This document shows, piece by piece, positions 1 to 13,285 of a stretch of DNA of 64,000 nucleotides. Source of the DNA: a phage; assembly GCA_012628545.1 (NCBI GenBank), contig GCA_012628545.1_3035.1. One strand, given 5' to 3'. The notes under the pieces are model-generated. The model was not told where the DNA came from. It made no database searches and saw nothing but the letters and a program-made list of their open reading frames with translations. Positions within the stretch are counted from its first letter, which is position 1. Every line of letters begins with the position of its first letter. Both the position numbers and the translations under genes were made by a program.

Positions 1-26
1 TTTTATTCTCCGAGATGTTTAATTGC

Positions 27-66
27 GGTACAGGTATATAATATCATATCCTGTACCAAAGTAAAC
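27..66 (-). promoter_or_regulatory. early promoter, -10 region inside an inverted repeat
   Basis: GTTTAC -35 (rc of 61..66); IR ggtacagg / cctgtacc flanks tatataatatcatat. Confidence 0.4.
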
Positions 67-70
67 TATT

Positions 71-439
71 TTATGCAACTTTAATCCAATTATCTAAATT
101 TAATTCACCTTTGGCTTTCATTTTTTCAATCAAGAGGTCAGCGGTAATACGACCATTTTGATACCACGTAACATCTTCAGAGTAACCAGTTTCTTTATCT
201 TCATAAGTCTCGCAGCGAATTTTACCAAGAATCAAAGTTTTTAATTCGTATGTATCTCCAGTAAAAAAGTTAGTTAACATTATTTTCCAAGAGAAATCAT
301 CAGAAGGACCTTCAGGAGTCATACAATCTACGAATTCAAATTGTTCTTTGTATAAGTGCCACTGAAGTTCTTTAGTTTCGATAGCTTTATAGCCGTCGTG
401 ATCTTTACCTTTGATGTATGAGTTAAGATTGATTTTCAT
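71..439 (-). CDS. hypothetical protein
   Basis: 122-aa ORF in early-gene orientation; no recognisable motif. Confidence 0.5.
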   Translation of the reverse strand: MKINLNSYIKGKDHDGYKAIETKELQWHLYKEQFEFVDCMTPEGPSDDFSWKIMLTNFFTGDTYELKTLILGKIRCETYEDKETGYSEDVTWYQNGRITADLLIEKMKAKGELNLDNWIKVA

Positions 440-463
440 TTTATTCTCCTTTGTTTGTGTAAG

Positions 464-496
464 ATAATACTATCACAAAGGAACCATACTGTAAAC
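464..496 (-). promoter_or_regulatory. early promoter
   Basis: GTTTAC (rc of 491..496) and TATTAT-like -10 upstream of ORF 71..439. Confidence 0.4.
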
Positions 497-515
497 AACT
501 TTGTGCAATCTTTGG

Positions 516-544
516 AAAATAAAAAAGGACTCCCGAAGGAGTCC
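516..544 (-). terminator. rho-independent terminator
   Basis: Hairpin ggactcc-cgaa-ggagtcc (UUCG loop on minus strand) followed by U-run. Confidence 0.5.
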
Positions 545-549
545 TCAAC

Positions 550-726
550 TTATGCTTTCTGCTTACCAAAACGAGAAGCATCATCTCGAAGAACCGCACG
601 TGCTCGGCGCATGATCTTCTCAACAGTTTGATTGATACGAGAGTTCGACCCACGCTTGTAACCAGCGCGTTTAGAATCACCAACTTTCTTTTCAACTGCT
701 TTCTTTGCTTTAGCTTGTTTTGCCAT
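550..726 (-). CDS. small Lys/Arg-rich basic protein (58 aa)
   Basis: ORF track 550..768 trimmed to internal ATG (MAKQAKAKK...) preceded by GAGA Shine-Dalgarno; followed by terminator hairpin. Confidence 0.4.
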   Translation of the reverse strand: MAKQAKAKKAVEKKVGDSKRAGYKRGSNSRINQTVEKIMRRARAVLRDDASRFGKQKA

Positions 727-845
727 TATAAATTCTCTTTTAAATGAAAATGCAGGACTTATTGGCATTGCCTGCGCAAGCCCTCAAGGGGTACTTAGGT
801 TTTGAATATTTACCGACAGGATAACCATAAACCTCGTCAACATAA

Positions 846-1094
846 TTACTTCAGTGTTACCACAAAGTGACGAACTGCTTTTCGTGCAGCAGAAGCCAGA
901 GGCTTAGCATATTTAAGTTCATCTTTTTCCTGAAGCTCAGCAGCTAATGCAGTTTGAGCAGGATTCAGATGTTTGAAATAACGCAGGATTTCAAGAGCTT
1001 CGGCTTCAACATCAATAGAAGCGCCATAGTTTTCGTGACCATTATTCCATGCGTTTCGTTGCAGTTCAAGAGCGTGTTGTAATTGTTTAATCAT
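846..1094 (-). CDS. rIII: rIII lysis-inhibition accessory protein
   Basis: 82-aa ORF; length, sequence recall and position next to gene 31 match T4 rIII. Confidence 0.75.
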   Translation of the reverse strand: MIKQLQHALELQRNAWNNGHENYGASIDVEAEALEILRYFKHLNPAQTALAAELQEKDELKYAKPLASAARKAVRHFVVTLK

Positions 1095-1241
1095 TTAAAA
1101 ATTCTCGTTAGAGATTAAAACTCGGTAGTCACGTTCTTCTGAATTTCATCTTCTTTCGACAGATCTCTCAGTTGTAGACTACCACATAGAATTGTTCGGT
1201 TAACTTATTATTCCGACACCCAATTCATATTATTATTTATA

Positions 1242-1577
1242 TCACTTATAAAGACACGGAATAGCTTTATAGTGACAAGTAACGAATTTTTGTTTAATTT
1301 CTTTTGGCTGCTTAAGACCCAGAGCTACAAAAGGATGCGGAACATTTCGAATTTGACCAACTGGAAGAGAAGTCAAATCACCAACTTCGCAAAAACCTTT
1401 AGGAACATCAGGACCGACAGAGTGAACTACACACAGTTCAGGAACTTCACCTTGAACACGTTTACCGATGATAAGTCCTGATTCTGTAACTTCTTCATCA
1501 CCGGCTTGTGCAGGTTCAGAAACTAAAATAACATATTCACCGACAGCACGAATTGGTAGCTGTTGTACTTCAGACAT
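1242..1577 (-). CDS. 31: co-chaperonin for GroEL (GroES analogue)
   Basis: 111-aa ORF beginning [15 protein letters not shown], matches T4 gp31 by length and sequence recall. Confidence 0.85.
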   Translation of the reverse strand: MSEVQQLPIRAVGEYVILVSEPAQAGDEEVTESGLIIGKRVQGEVPELCVVHSVGPDVPKGFCEVGDLTSLPVGQIRNVPHPFVALGLKQPKEIKQKFVTCHYKAIPCLYK

Positions 1578-1607
1578 CGTTTTTCCTTTTTGTTAACAGA
1601 TGAATTA

Positions 1608-1634
1608 ATAATAACAAATAATTCTTAAAGCATT
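1608..1634 (-). promoter_or_regulatory. MotA-dependent middle promoter for gene 31
   Basis: Minus strand AATGCTTTA MotA box, 12-bp spacer, TATTAT -10. Confidence 0.45.
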
Positions 1635-1942
1635 TATTTACCAATAAATTGAAGCAAATGCTCAACTTTCATGCCATTAACGGAAATCAATTTGTCAATA
1701 GAAAAACCTCGCCATGCACCGAGTTCAACATCAAATATCGGAATCATATCAGTAGATTCTTTCCGAGTAGATTCAGTCAATTTACCAGTTTGCATGGTTG
1801 GCATAAAGTCAGCATCACGGGTGCCTTTCATAGTACGAATAGTACCATCAGACTTTTCAAAAACTACATTTGAAATACCCATGGACAATTTAGTTTTCAA
1901 AATTTCACGAATTGCTACTTTTTGTTCAGTCGTCAGTTTCAT
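1634..1942 (-). CDS. hypothetical protein
   Basis: 102-aa ORF, translationally abutting neighbours. Confidence 0.5.
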   Translation of the reverse strand: MKLTTEQKVAIREILKTKLSMGISNVVFEKSDGTIRTMKGTRDADFMPTMQTGKLTESTRKESTDMIPIFDVELGAWRGFSIDKLISVNGMKVEHLLQFIGK

Positions 1943-2179
1943 TTATTTACCTATTACAGTTTTAATATGAGTTGTTCCACGTTCTTTAAGAGTGGAAAGC
2001 AATTTTTGGCATTTTTCTAAATCAGATTTCCAACTATACGGCCTATCAATACAAACCCATTCTGACTTATAATACTGTTTCCATTTAGAGAAAAAATATT
2101 TCTTATACTCTACAGCAAATGAAATGTTCTCGTTAGAATAAGAACTAATTGCTGTGAGCTGTACCAAACGAAATTTCAT
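1943..2179 (-). CDS. hypothetical protein
   Basis: 78-aa ORF. Confidence 0.45.
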   Translation of the reverse strand: MKFRLVQLTAISSYSNENISFAVEYKKYFFSKWKQYYKSEWVCIDRPYSWKSDLEKCQKLLSTLKERGTTHIKTVIGK

Positions 2180-2760
2180 TATTCACCACAGAATTCGTTG
2201 ATATTTTCCCAATTTAACTTATTTAAGTTTTTCTTAGGAACATTAAACACTTCAATACCCGCATTTCGCAGAATATCATCCCAGCCAGGTTTATTTTTAT
2301 CGTATGTTTCGCAATAAACCAGCTTTTTAATTCCAGATTGAGCTATCGCTTTTGCACAATCTGGGCAAGGAGAAAGTGTTACATACATAGTAGCACCTTC
2401 AATTGAAGAACCATTTCGCGCAGCAAACAAAATCGCATTTAGTTCAGCATGAATTTCATTTTTAGACGACCACTCAGAGTGAGCACTACGATGTTCTTTC
2501 GCCAAGACAAAACGATCAGTTGAACCAAATGATACACATTCAGGCTTATGACCTTGAATGATAGTATGTTTAGGCTTATTCAGCAACCAACCTTGCTCAG
2601 CAGCATAATCGCAGCAATTCACACCCCCGGCAGGTGAACCATTATATCCGGTAGAAATAATACGTCCATTCTTTTCAATTACCGCTCCTACCTTCCAGGA
2701 GCAACATTTTGATTCTTGTGATACTAAATATGCAATTTGAAGTACTGTACTCGCTTTCAT
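2179..2760 (-). CDS. cd: dCMP deaminase
   Basis: 193-aa ORF with cytidine/dCMP deaminase zinc motifs (HAE ... PCPDC); T4 Cd length. Confidence 0.85.
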   Translation of the reverse strand: MKASTVLQIAYLVSQESKCCSWKVGAVIEKNGRIISTGYNGSPAGGVNCCDYAAEQGWLLNKPKHTIIQGHKPECVSFGSTDRFVLAKEHRSAHSEWSSKNEIHAELNAILFAARNGSSIEGATMYVTLSPCPDCAKAIAQSGIKKLVYCETYDKNKPGWDDILRNAGIEVFNVPKKNLNKLNWENINEFCGE

Positions 2761-3095
2761 TTCATAATCACCAGATAAGCAGATTTAGCAGTTTCAACAC
2801 GATAAATTTCGTGACGAAGTTTAGTTATACTTTTAATAACAGAACTAATTATATTCTGCCCATCTTTAAAGCGGTTTTTCTTATCAATAAAAATTGCACC
2901 AGCCATCTTTTTGTGAAGCTCAACTGGATACTTCGTCACAATAATAGCATCATACACAGAAGGATGAATACTATTCACTAGAGTGTCATTCATTAAAGTT
3001 ATTCTAATGAACTGTGCTGTGTCAGAGTCAAGCGCTCTATGATCGCCAGTATCATTTTCAAGACAATTATCAATTATATCAGTTAAATTCATCAT
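2757..3095 (-). CDS. hypothetical protein
   Basis: 112-aa ORF, start overlaps upstream stop. Confidence 0.5.
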   Translation of the reverse strand: MMNLTDIIDNCLENDTGDHRALDSDTAQFIRITLMNDTLVNSIHPSVYDAIIVTKYPVELHKKMAGAIFIDKKNRFKDGQNIISSVIKSITKLRHEIYRVETAKSAYLVIMK

Positions 3096-3328
3096 AGTAC
3101 GCCATACACCCTTTGTGCTTCAACTAATCCATCAAAATCCAATTTGAGATGTGTTATTTGGTCACCATCACCTGGATTCACAATTACTAATACTGAACGA
3201 GGAGTTTCGGTAATAACACGAACCGATGTTTCTGGAAATCGTTCAGAAACCTTATTTACCAATTCCTGAGCAAATAGTTTAACTTTTTCTTGGAATTCTT
3301 TAACAGTAATTGGTTTTTCACTTAGCAT
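3092..3328 (-). CDS. hypothetical protein
   Basis: 78-aa ORF downstream of early promoter. Confidence 0.5.
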   Translation of the reverse strand: MLSEKPITVKEFQEKVKLFAQELVNKVSERFPETSVRVITETPRSVLVIVNPGDGDQITHLKLDFDGLVEAQRVYGVL

Positions 3329-3350
3329 TTTGTTTTCCTCATTTGTTTTG

Positions 3351-3388
3351 GTAGAGCTATAATATCACAACTCTACCAAAAAGTAAAC
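3351..3388 (-). promoter_or_regulatory. early promoter, -10 region inside an inverted repeat
   Basis: GTTTAC (rc of 3383..3388); IR ggtagag / ctctacc around ctataatatcacaa. Confidence 0.4.
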
Positions 3389-3390
3389 TA

Positions 3391-3672
3391 TTAAATTGCC
3401 TTGAATTCTGATGTCTGTGATTCAAAGCGAATATCGCCTTTGATGACTAGCTCAGCATCAAGACCAAATACGACAATGATATGCGCGGAACCCGGATACA
3501 GCGTAATTGCAATAGAATCCACCTGGTCTGGAAGCAAAGTGTTCAATACATGAGTCACTTGAGCATGAATTCGAAGCTCGGCTGCGTTATCAAGCTTTTC
3601 AAACATATTATTAGCGATAATTTGACTAAACACTACTTCTACGATTTTAGAATAAGTCGGAAACATATTCAC
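3391..3672 (-). CDS. hypothetical protein
   Basis: 93-aa ORF. Confidence 0.5.
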   Translation of the reverse strand: MNMFPTYSKIVEVVFSQIIANNMFEKLDNAAELRIHAQVTHVLNTLLPDQVDSIAITLYPGSAHIIVVFGLDAELVIKGDIRFESQTSEFKAI

Positions 3673-3861
3673 CTCACATAATTTTCTTCAAGCCAATTAA
3701 TAACATCCAACGCATTATCAAAAGTTGAACCATCTACTATGTCTTCTGTTTCATAATCAAGAATATCTAAGTCTACTCTTCCATCAACAATAGGCCATAA
3801 ACAAAATAGATATTTCTTTTCTTTTTCAATTTTATCACAAAGTCGATAAATCTTTTCTATG

Positions 3862-3869
<8 letters not shown>
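3669..3869 (-). CDS. hypothetical protein
   Basis: 66-aa ORF. Confidence 0.45.
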
Positions 3870-5280
<1,411 letters not shown>

Positions 5281-5284
<4 letters not shown>

Positions 5285-5517
5285 TTATTTTTCTCAACCA
5301 ATGATTGAATATAATCATGCAGGTCTTTAGATGCTTTACCCCACTTATTTTGATATTCATTTTTAAGATTAGCCCGAGATTGAGCTAATAAAACATCATT
5401 AGTTGGAGGTAAAGATTCTAATCGTTGAATCTGACGTCCATAAATCATTGCAGCCATCTCAGATTCATAAATCAATCCTTTGAGATGTTCAAATTGATGC
5501 CATGAAATCATTTGCAT
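5281..5517 (-). CDS. hypothetical protein
   Basis: 78-aa ORF. Confidence 0.5.
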
Positions 5518-5807
5518 TTATCCTCTTTTAACTCTTGACGATAATAACATATCATAGTTTTTTGGTCATGTACATATCGTTTTACATCATTAAGCCAAAT
5601 ACGAAATTCCTGAGAATCTTCAAATGGCATACCGACCCAAGCTTTACCATCAATAACTTTAACTTGCCAAGATAGTTTAGCTTCGTCATATGACTTTATT
5701 TGCACAGGCCAATTAGGATGAACTGTTTCTTTCTTTACTTCTAGAGGCTTTGTAGAACAACCAACTAGAAGACCAATAGATAATATTACTGCTGATAGTT
5801 TAATCAT
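5508..5807 (-). CDS. putative lipoprotein
   Basis: 99-aa ORF with signal peptide and lipobox-like LLVGCS. Confidence 0.5.
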   Translation of the reverse strand: MIKLSAVILSIGLLVGCSTKPLEVKKETVHPNWPVQIKSYDEAKLSWQVKVIDGKAWVGMPFEDSQEFRIWLNDVKRYVHDQKTMICYYRQELKEDKCK

Positions 5808-6157
5808 TTAGAAAGGTCCTGGATGTCTTCTGCGAACTTGTTGAAGGAATTGTTGATTTGTTTTTCAACCAATCCTGGCTTACGAGCCACCACATCCGCC
5901 TTCTTTGCGTCTTTGCGCAGCTTTTCATTTTCACGCTCAATAGCAGCAATTGCCTCACGATTTTTAGTATTCATCGCATCAATATAATTATACTGAATTC
6001 GCAAATTATTTAATGCTAAAGCGTTTTCATTGGCTGTTTTTGTAATTTCAGTAACTGATGTTTCTAATCTTTCTACCTTATTTTTTAAAATAATAGATGT
6101 TCCGCCCAATGCTATTACAATTAATAGCAAACCTGCTGTCGTATTACTTAATTGCAT
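5804..6157 (-). CDS. hypothetical membrane-anchored coiled-coil protein
   Basis: 117-aa ORF, N-terminal hydrophobic helix. Confidence 0.5.
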   Translation of the reverse strand: MQLSNTTAGLLLIVIALGGTSIILKNKVERLETSVTEITKTANENALALNNLRIQYNYIDAMNTKNREAIAAIERENEKLRKDAKKADVVARKPGLVEKQINNSFNKFAEDIQDLSK

Positions 6158-6654
6158 AAAGTTTTAATAACCTCTATAATATCGTCTTGAGAAAGACCGT
6201 TAATTAAAATATGATGTTCAGCCGGAGATTTAGAAATTTTAAAGCATGCCTCAACATCTTCTGCCATATCCGATGCGCTACGATTTGGATTACTAATTCC
6301 AAGACGATGTTTTCCCGTCAAAGGATTGACGATGATATAGCATTTGCAGCTATTGATATGAACATTAGGTTGAGTCTGATTAATGAACACTTCGCAATCA
6401 TACTTAGCGAGTTGATTTTCTAAAAAGACTTTCATCTCCTCAACCGCATCAGGAAGCATATCACGGGCTTGCTCAAGACGACGATTTCGATATTCTTTAA
6501 TGGTCGTTTTCCGCTTGACTTGCTTAGCTAAATCTTTCTTAAGATCGGTGATATATCCAACTCGACGATTTCCTTTGAATACAGAAATCCCATCTGTAGT
6601 ATCACCGTATGCTTCAACGACCATTTCAGTAGTAATAAGCTGCAAATCCATCAT
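6148..6654 (-). CDS. alc: Alc, inhibitor of host transcription on cytosine DNA
   Basis: 168-aa ORF; length, synteny and sequence recall of T4 Alc (167 aa); true start may be second Met. Confidence 0.7.
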   Translation of the reverse strand: MMDLQLITTEMVVEAYGDTTDGISVFKGNRRVGYITDLKKDLAKQVKRKTTIKEYRNRRLEQARDMLPDAVEEMKVFLENQLAKYDCEVFINQTQPNVHINSCKCYIIVNPLTGKHRLGISNPNRSASDMAEDVEACFKISKSPAEHHILINGLSQDDIIEVIKTLCN

Positions 6655-6715
6655 AAAGTCCTCATGTTATGTCAGTAAGACTACTGTAACACAACACGAG
6701 GGACTTGTAAACAGC

Positions 6716-8303
<1,588 letters not shown>

Positions 8304-8326
8304 AATAAAATGGGCCTTGCGGCCCA
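8304..8326 (-). promoter_or_regulatory. hairpin between nrdB stop and denA start
   Basis: tgggcc-ttgc-ggccca hairpin between a GGAG after the nrdB stop and the denA ATG. Confidence 0.4.
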
Positions 8327-8330
8327 CTCC

Positions 8331-9509
8331 TTAAAAATATTTTTTAAAACTCATCATAACTTTATCATCAACATCATTATCAATCTGTGCAACAAGGTAA
8401 GATGACAGTTCTACTTCTTGCGGCGCGGATTGAACATTATCAGAATTAAGGTATTCACGAATCCAAGGATATGGATGTTTAACCGGAGCATCGGTAATTG
8501 GGCATGGAAGACCGCACTGTTTCATACGAGATACAGTTAAGTAATCAATAAAGCTCCACATGCTATTTGTATTTAATCCAGGAACATCGCCATCTTTAAA
8601 TAAATGAACTGCCCAATCTTTTTCTTGGCGGTTAACTTCCATGAAAATATCAACTGCTTCTTGTTCACACTCTTTGGCAATTTTAACCCATTCATCACCA
8701 TCAGTGCCAAGTTGAAGTTGACGAATAATATATTGTGTACCTTTAAGATGAAGCTGCTCATCACGTGCAATGAACTTCATAATCTTGGCATTACCTTCCA
8801 TGATTTCCATATTCTTGTGGAAGTTAAAGGTACATGCAAAAGATACATAAAAACGAATAGCTTCCAATGCGTTGATTACGTGCAGGCAGAGGTAAAGAGA
8901 GCGCATTAGTTCACGTTTCCAATACATTTCATGCTCTATGGCATCTTCAATAACGTCTTCGTCTGCATTAATTTCTTTTTGGTATTCGATATCAGCTTTA
9001 GCGTTTTCCCAATAACGAGTTTTAATCAGAACATCATCATAATAACGACCAATAGATTCAGCGCGTTTCATAATAGCTTCATCTAATACAATCTCATCAA
9101 ATACCTTTGACGGATCAGTATAAAGATTTCGCATGATATGAGTATATGAACGACTGTGAATAGTTTCACTAAAAGTCCACGTAGCAACCCATGTATCAAG
9201 GCTTGGGTCTGAAATCAATGACATAAGTACAGCAGACGGCGCACGACCCTGAATGCTATCCAAAAGTGATTGATACTTCAGATTATTAGTAAAAATATCT
9301 TGCTGATATTGAGGAAGCTTGTTAAATTGCGCAGCATCCATCATTAAGTTTACTTCTTCAGGGCGCCAGAAAAATGACAACTGCTTTTCGGTTAAATCTT
9401 CAAAAACTTTATGACGTTGAATATCATAACGCGCAATACCAAGACCTGAACCAAAAAACATAGGTTCTTTTAAAACATCAACTGGATTTGTATTAAAAAC
9501 TGTGCTCAT
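8331..9509 (-). CDS. nrdB: ribonucleotide reductase small subunit
   Basis: 392-aa uninterrupted ORF, class Ia R2 family; no intron. Confidence 0.9.
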   Translation of the reverse strand: MSTVFNTNPVDVLKEPMFFGSGLGIARYDIQRHKVFEDLTEKQLSFFWRPEEVNLMMDAAQFNKLPQYQQDIFTNNLKYQSLLDSIQGRAPSAVLMSLISDPSLDTWVATWTFSETIHSRSYTHIMRNLYTDPSKVFDEIVLDEAIMKRAESIGRYYDDVLIKTRYWENAKADIEYQKEINADEDVIEDAIEHEMYWKRELMRSLYLCLHVINALEAIRFYVSFACTFNFHKNMEIMEGNAKIMKFIARDEQLHLKGTQYIIRQLQLGTDGDEWVKIAKECEQEAVDIFMEVNRQEKDWAVHLFKDGDVPGLNTNSMWSFIDYLTVSRMKQCGLPCPITDAPVKHPYPWIREYLNSDNVQSAPQEVELSSYLVAQIDNDVDDKVMMSFKKYF

Positions 9510-9560
9510 AAATTTTCCACTTAGTTAATAGATAGTGACTCGTCCATGAGTCAAATTATA

Positions 9561-11825
9561 TCATAATTTACAGGATGAACAATCTTCAGCTTTTGGAGTT
9601 TCTATTTCATAATCATCAGTACCAGAACCATCACGGGTATTATGATAATAGAAATTTTTTCCGCCAAAATACCAAAAATACAAAAGGTCATCAATCATTA
9701 TTGACATTGGAACCTTTCCTTTTGGAAAAATCTGTGGGTCATAATATGTATTCGCCGAAGCTGATTGACAAACCCATTTCAGCATAATAGCTACCTGCGT
9801 AAGATAAGGTTTATTACCTTTCTTAGCTAATTTCCATGTATAATCATAGAGGTCTATGTTATGCTCAATATTGGGCACGACTTGATTAAAGGAGCCCTCT
9901 TTTGATTCTTTAACAGAGACTGGTCCACGTGGAGGCTCGATACCGTTTGTACTGTTAGAAACTTGGGAAGATGACTCACATGGCATAAGTGCTGATAATG
10001 TGCTATTACGGATGCCAAAGAGCTTAAGGTCTTCCCGCAGCGACGACCAGTCACAAACGTATTTTGGAGCTGCGATTTGGTCAATCTTTTTATTGTACCA
10101 GTCGATAGGTAATTCGCCTCGAGACCAACGAGTGTCTGAATAATATTCGCAAGGTCCTTTTTCTTTGGCGAGCTTAATGGATGCTTTAATGAGTCCATAC
10201 TGTAATCTCTCAAATAGTTCATGTGTTAAATCGTTAGCATCTTCATAAGAAGCAAAGTTACTTGCCAGCCAAGCTGCATAGTTAGTAACACCTACACCGA
10301 GGTTACGACGCTTTTTAGCTTTTTCTGCTTCAGGAACTGGATATCCTTGGTAATCCAAAAGATTATCAAGAGCACGAACTTGAACTTCTGCTAATTCATT
10401 AATTTTATCTTGGTCTTGCCAATCGAAGTTATCCAGCACAAATGCAGATAACGTGCACAATCCAATTTCAGCATCGGGGCTATTCACATCATTTGTTGGA
10501 ATAGCAATTTCACAGCACAAGTTACTCTGACGAATAGGTGCCTTTTCACGAATAAATGGAGTATAGTTATTCGTATTATCAATGAACTGTACATAAATCC
10601 TTGCTGTTCCTGAGCGTTCAGTCATGAGCAATTCAAATAGTTCACGGGCTTTAATACGCTTTTTACGAATATTAGGGTCTTTTTCTGCTGCTTCGTATAA
10701 TTCACGGAAACGGTCTTGGTCTTTAAAATAAGAATAATAAAGCTCGCCACCCATTTCATGCGGACTGAACAAAGTAATGTAATCGTTCTTTCCGAATCGT
10801 TCCATCATCAAATCATTCAGCTGAACACCATAATCCATATGACGAATGCGGTTTTCTTCTACGCCTTTGTTATTTTTCAAAACGAGAAGATTTTCAACTT
10901 CCAAATGCCAAATAGGATAATAAGCAGTAGCAGCACCGCCACGAATTCCACCCTGTGAGCATGATTTAACTGCAGTCTGAAAATGTTTCCAAAAAGGAAT
11001 AACACCGGTATGGCGTACTTCACCCATGCCAATCTTAGAACCTTCGGCACGAATCATACCAACGTTAATACCAATTCCAGCGCGTTTAGAGATATATTCA
11101 ACAATTGAAGCGGAAGCCTTATTGATAGACTTCAGCGAATCACCTGCCTCAATAACAACACATGAACTAAACTGTCGAGTCGGAGTACGACAACCAGCCA
11201 TAATAGGAGTTGGCAGTGAAATCTGTCGAGTAGATACTGCTTCATAAAAACGGATAACATGTTTTAATCTATCAACAGGTTCATCTTGATGCAATGCCAT
11301 TCCAATAGTCATAAATGCAAACTGTGGAGTTTCATAAATTTGACCAGTGGTTTTATCTTTAACTAGATATTTTTCTTTTAATTGCATCGCCCCGGAATAA
11401 GTAAATTCCATATCCCGCTCGTGCTTAATTTTTGATTCTAAAAATGTAATTTCTTCTGCTGAATATTTTGACAATAATTCAGGGTCATATTTACCTGCAT
11501 TTACACAATAAGAAATATGGTCAATAAATGAACGCGGTTCATACTGCCCATAAACATGCTTACGAAGAGCAAACATTAAACAACGTGCAGCTACATATTG
11601 GTAATCAGGCTCTTCAACCGAAATAGAATTCGCAGCGGCCTTAATGACAATAGTCTGAATATCATCAGTGGTCATTCCATCACGGAGATATGATTTAATA
11701 TTTTCATATAATTCATAAGGATCTACAGATGTTCCTTCAGCTGCCCAAGATAAAACTTTAATAATTTTTTGCGGGTCAAAGCTCTGAGAAACACCACTAC
11801 TTTTGATAACATTAATTAATTGCAT
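9561..11825 (-). CDS. nrdA: ribonucleotide reductase large subunit
   Basis: 754-aa ORF, class Ia R1 family; T4 NrdA length. Confidence 0.95.
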   Translation of the reverse strand: MQLINVIKSSGVSQSFDPQKIIKVLSWAAEGTSVDPYELYENIKSYLRDGMTTDDIQTIVIKAAANSISVEEPDYQYVAARCLMFALRKHVYGQYEPRSFIDHISYCVNAGKYDPELLSKYSAEEITFLESKIKHERDMEFTYSGAMQLKEKYLVKDKTTGQIYETPQFAFMTIGMALHQDEPVDRLKHVIRFYEAVSTRQISLPTPIMAGCRTPTRQFSSCVVIEAGDSLKSINKASASIVEYISKRAGIGINVGMIRAEGSKIGMGEVRHTGVIPFWKHFQTAVKSCSQGGIRGGAATAYYPIWHLEVENLLVLKNNKGVEENRIRHMDYGVQLNDLMMERFGKNDYITLFSPHEMGGELYYSYFKDQDRFRELYEAAEKDPNIRKKRIKARELFELLMTERSGTARIYVQFIDNTNNYTPFIREKAPIRQSNLCCEIAIPTNDVNSPDAEIGLCTLSAFVLDNFDWQDQDKINELAEVQVRALDNLLDYQGYPVPEAEKAKKRRNLGVGVTNYAAWLASNFASYEDANDLTHELFERLQYGLIKASIKLAKEKGPCEYYSDTRWSRGELPIDWYNKKIDQIAAPKYVCDWSSLREDLKLFGIRNSTLSALMPCESSSQVSNSTNGIEPPRGPVSVKESKEGSFNQVVPNIEHNIDLYDYTWKLAKKGNKPYLTQVAIMLKWVCQSASANTYYDPQIFPKGKVPMSIMIDDLLYFWYFGGKNFYYHNTRDGSGTDDYEIETPKAEDCSSCKL

Positions 11826-12142
11826 AAGTCCTCAACTTGAAAATCGTCTTTAAACAATCGGTTAACTATATGAGCTATTATATCACCATGACACGGCTTT
11901 GGTTTACATGTGCATCCTAGCCTCATTCCACGTAAAGGCTCTAAATGTGCTTTAGTTATTTCTCCGGATTTAATTCGACGTATAAAATCTTTTTTGAATA
12001 ATTCAATGGCAGCCTCCCGGCTGCCAGCATCTTTACCGACGTAATTTCCCCAAAATGTACCACGGTGAATATTAACATCAAAGTCGGATTTGTATTTATT
12101 CACTACCCGGCATAGACGGCCCACGCTGGAATAATTCGTCAT
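11816..12142 (-). CDS. hypothetical protein
   Basis: 108-aa ORF. Confidence 0.5.
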   Translation of the reverse strand: MTNYSSVGRLCRVVNKYKSDFDVNIHRGTFWGNYVGKDAGSREAAIELFKKDFIRRIKSGEITKAHLEPLRGMRLGCTCKPKPCHGDIIAHIVNRLFKDDFQVEDLCN

Positions 12143-12371
12143 ACTGTTTTTCCGTTAATACAGTAATATCATAGTAACAGTCAGAAGAAGTTTTAACTGT
12201 GGAAATTTTATTATCAAAATACTCACGAGTCATTTTATGAGTGTAGTATTTTTTACCATAAATGGTAATAGGCTGTTCTGGTCCTGGAACTTCTAACTCG
12301 CTTGGGTTAGGAAGTGTAAAAAGAACGGCACCAGAAGTATCTTTAAATCGTAAAATCATACATCCTCGCAA
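12096..12371 (-). CDS. hypothetical protein
   Basis: 91-aa ORF. Confidence 0.5.
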   Translation of the reverse strand: MRGCMILRFKDTSGAVLFTLPNPSELEVPGPEQPITIYGKKYYTHKMTREYFDNKISTVKTSSDCYYDITVLTEKQYDELFQRGPSMPGSE

Positions 12372-12379
12372 TAATAAAA

Positions 12380-13240
12380 TTACACCGCCATTTTTCCTTT
12401 AATTGGCAGATGAGATACATAGTTGTTAAGAACAAAATTATGAGGCTTTGCAAATTGACTCAACCAAAATACCTGCGATTCTGTGTCCCATTCATCAAAT
12501 TCATCTGGAAATTTTAATTGTAATTCGCATAAATCCATAGGTTCACGACGTAAAATTTCTTTACATTGTTCTACGTGATTCATATAGATATGAGTATTAC
12601 CACCAGAAAATATCAAATCTCCAGGAATAAGATTACACATTTTAGCTACAATATGAACTAACGTAGCATATGATGCAATATTAAATGGAAGACCGAGGAA
12701 AACATCTACCGAACGTTGATACCACTGCAAATCTAAATAGCCATTACGCACATTAAACTGATAGAACATATGACAAGGCGGTAATGCCATATATTTAAGT
12801 TCAGCTGGATTCCACGCAGAAACAATTTGACGCCTATCATTCGGCAGTTTTTTAATACGATCAATAACTTCTACAATTTGGTCTACACCGCCAAAATCAC
12901 GCCATTGTTTTCCATAAATTGGACCAAGTTCACCGCTATGATATCCTAAATCTTTTGCCTGATTTTCGTAATTTTCATCCCAGACTGTTTTGCCTTGGAT
13001 TAACGAATCGTGTTGAATTAATCGTAAATCATTGACATTTGTGCTTCCTGATAAAAACCATATTAGCTCAGCAATGCATGCATTCCAGGCGAGCTTTTTA
13101 GTTGTTACTGCAGGAAAGCCTTTAGTTAAATCCCAACGCAATTTAGTACCGAACAGAGCAATTGTTCCTGTGCCTGTGCGATCATCGGTTTCATAGCCAT
13201 TTTCAAAAATGTCTTTAATTAAATCTTGGTATTGTTTCAT
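12380..13240 (-). CDS. td: thymidylate synthase
   Basis: 286-aa uninterrupted ORF with ThyA active-site region LPPCH; no intron. Confidence 0.95.
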   Translation of the reverse strand: MKQYQDLIKDIFENGYETDDRTGTGTIALFGTKLRWDLTKGFPAVTTKKLAWNACIAELIWFLSGSTNVNDLRLIQHDSLIQGKTVWDENYENQAKDLGYHSGELGPIYGKQWRDFGGVDQIVEVIDRIKKLPNDRRQIVSAWNPAELKYMALPPCHMFYQFNVRNGYLDLQWYQRSVDVFLGLPFNIASYATLVHIVAKMCNLIPGDLIFSGGNTHIYMNHVEQCKEILRREPMDLCELQLKFPDEFDEWDTESQVFWLSQFAKPHNFVLNNYVSHLPIKGKMAV

Positions 13241-13285
13241 TTAGTACCTTATATAAATTATAATACATTTTATGAAGCTAAATAA

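Noticed and set aside
1234-1241. TATAAATA on the minus strand about 140 nt upstream of rIII as a late promoter
   Set aside because: The 8-mer is expected by chance many times in this AT-rich sequence and is far from the start codon; kept only as a low-confidence possibility.
1272-1481. 69-aa plus-strand ORF inside gene 31
   Set aside because: Lies antisense within a well-supported gene, with no RBS and low-complexity composition; shadow ORF.
12380-13240. Searched td and nrdB for group I introns and intron-encoded endonucleases
   Set aside because: Both ORFs are continuous at the expected lengths; no insertion found.
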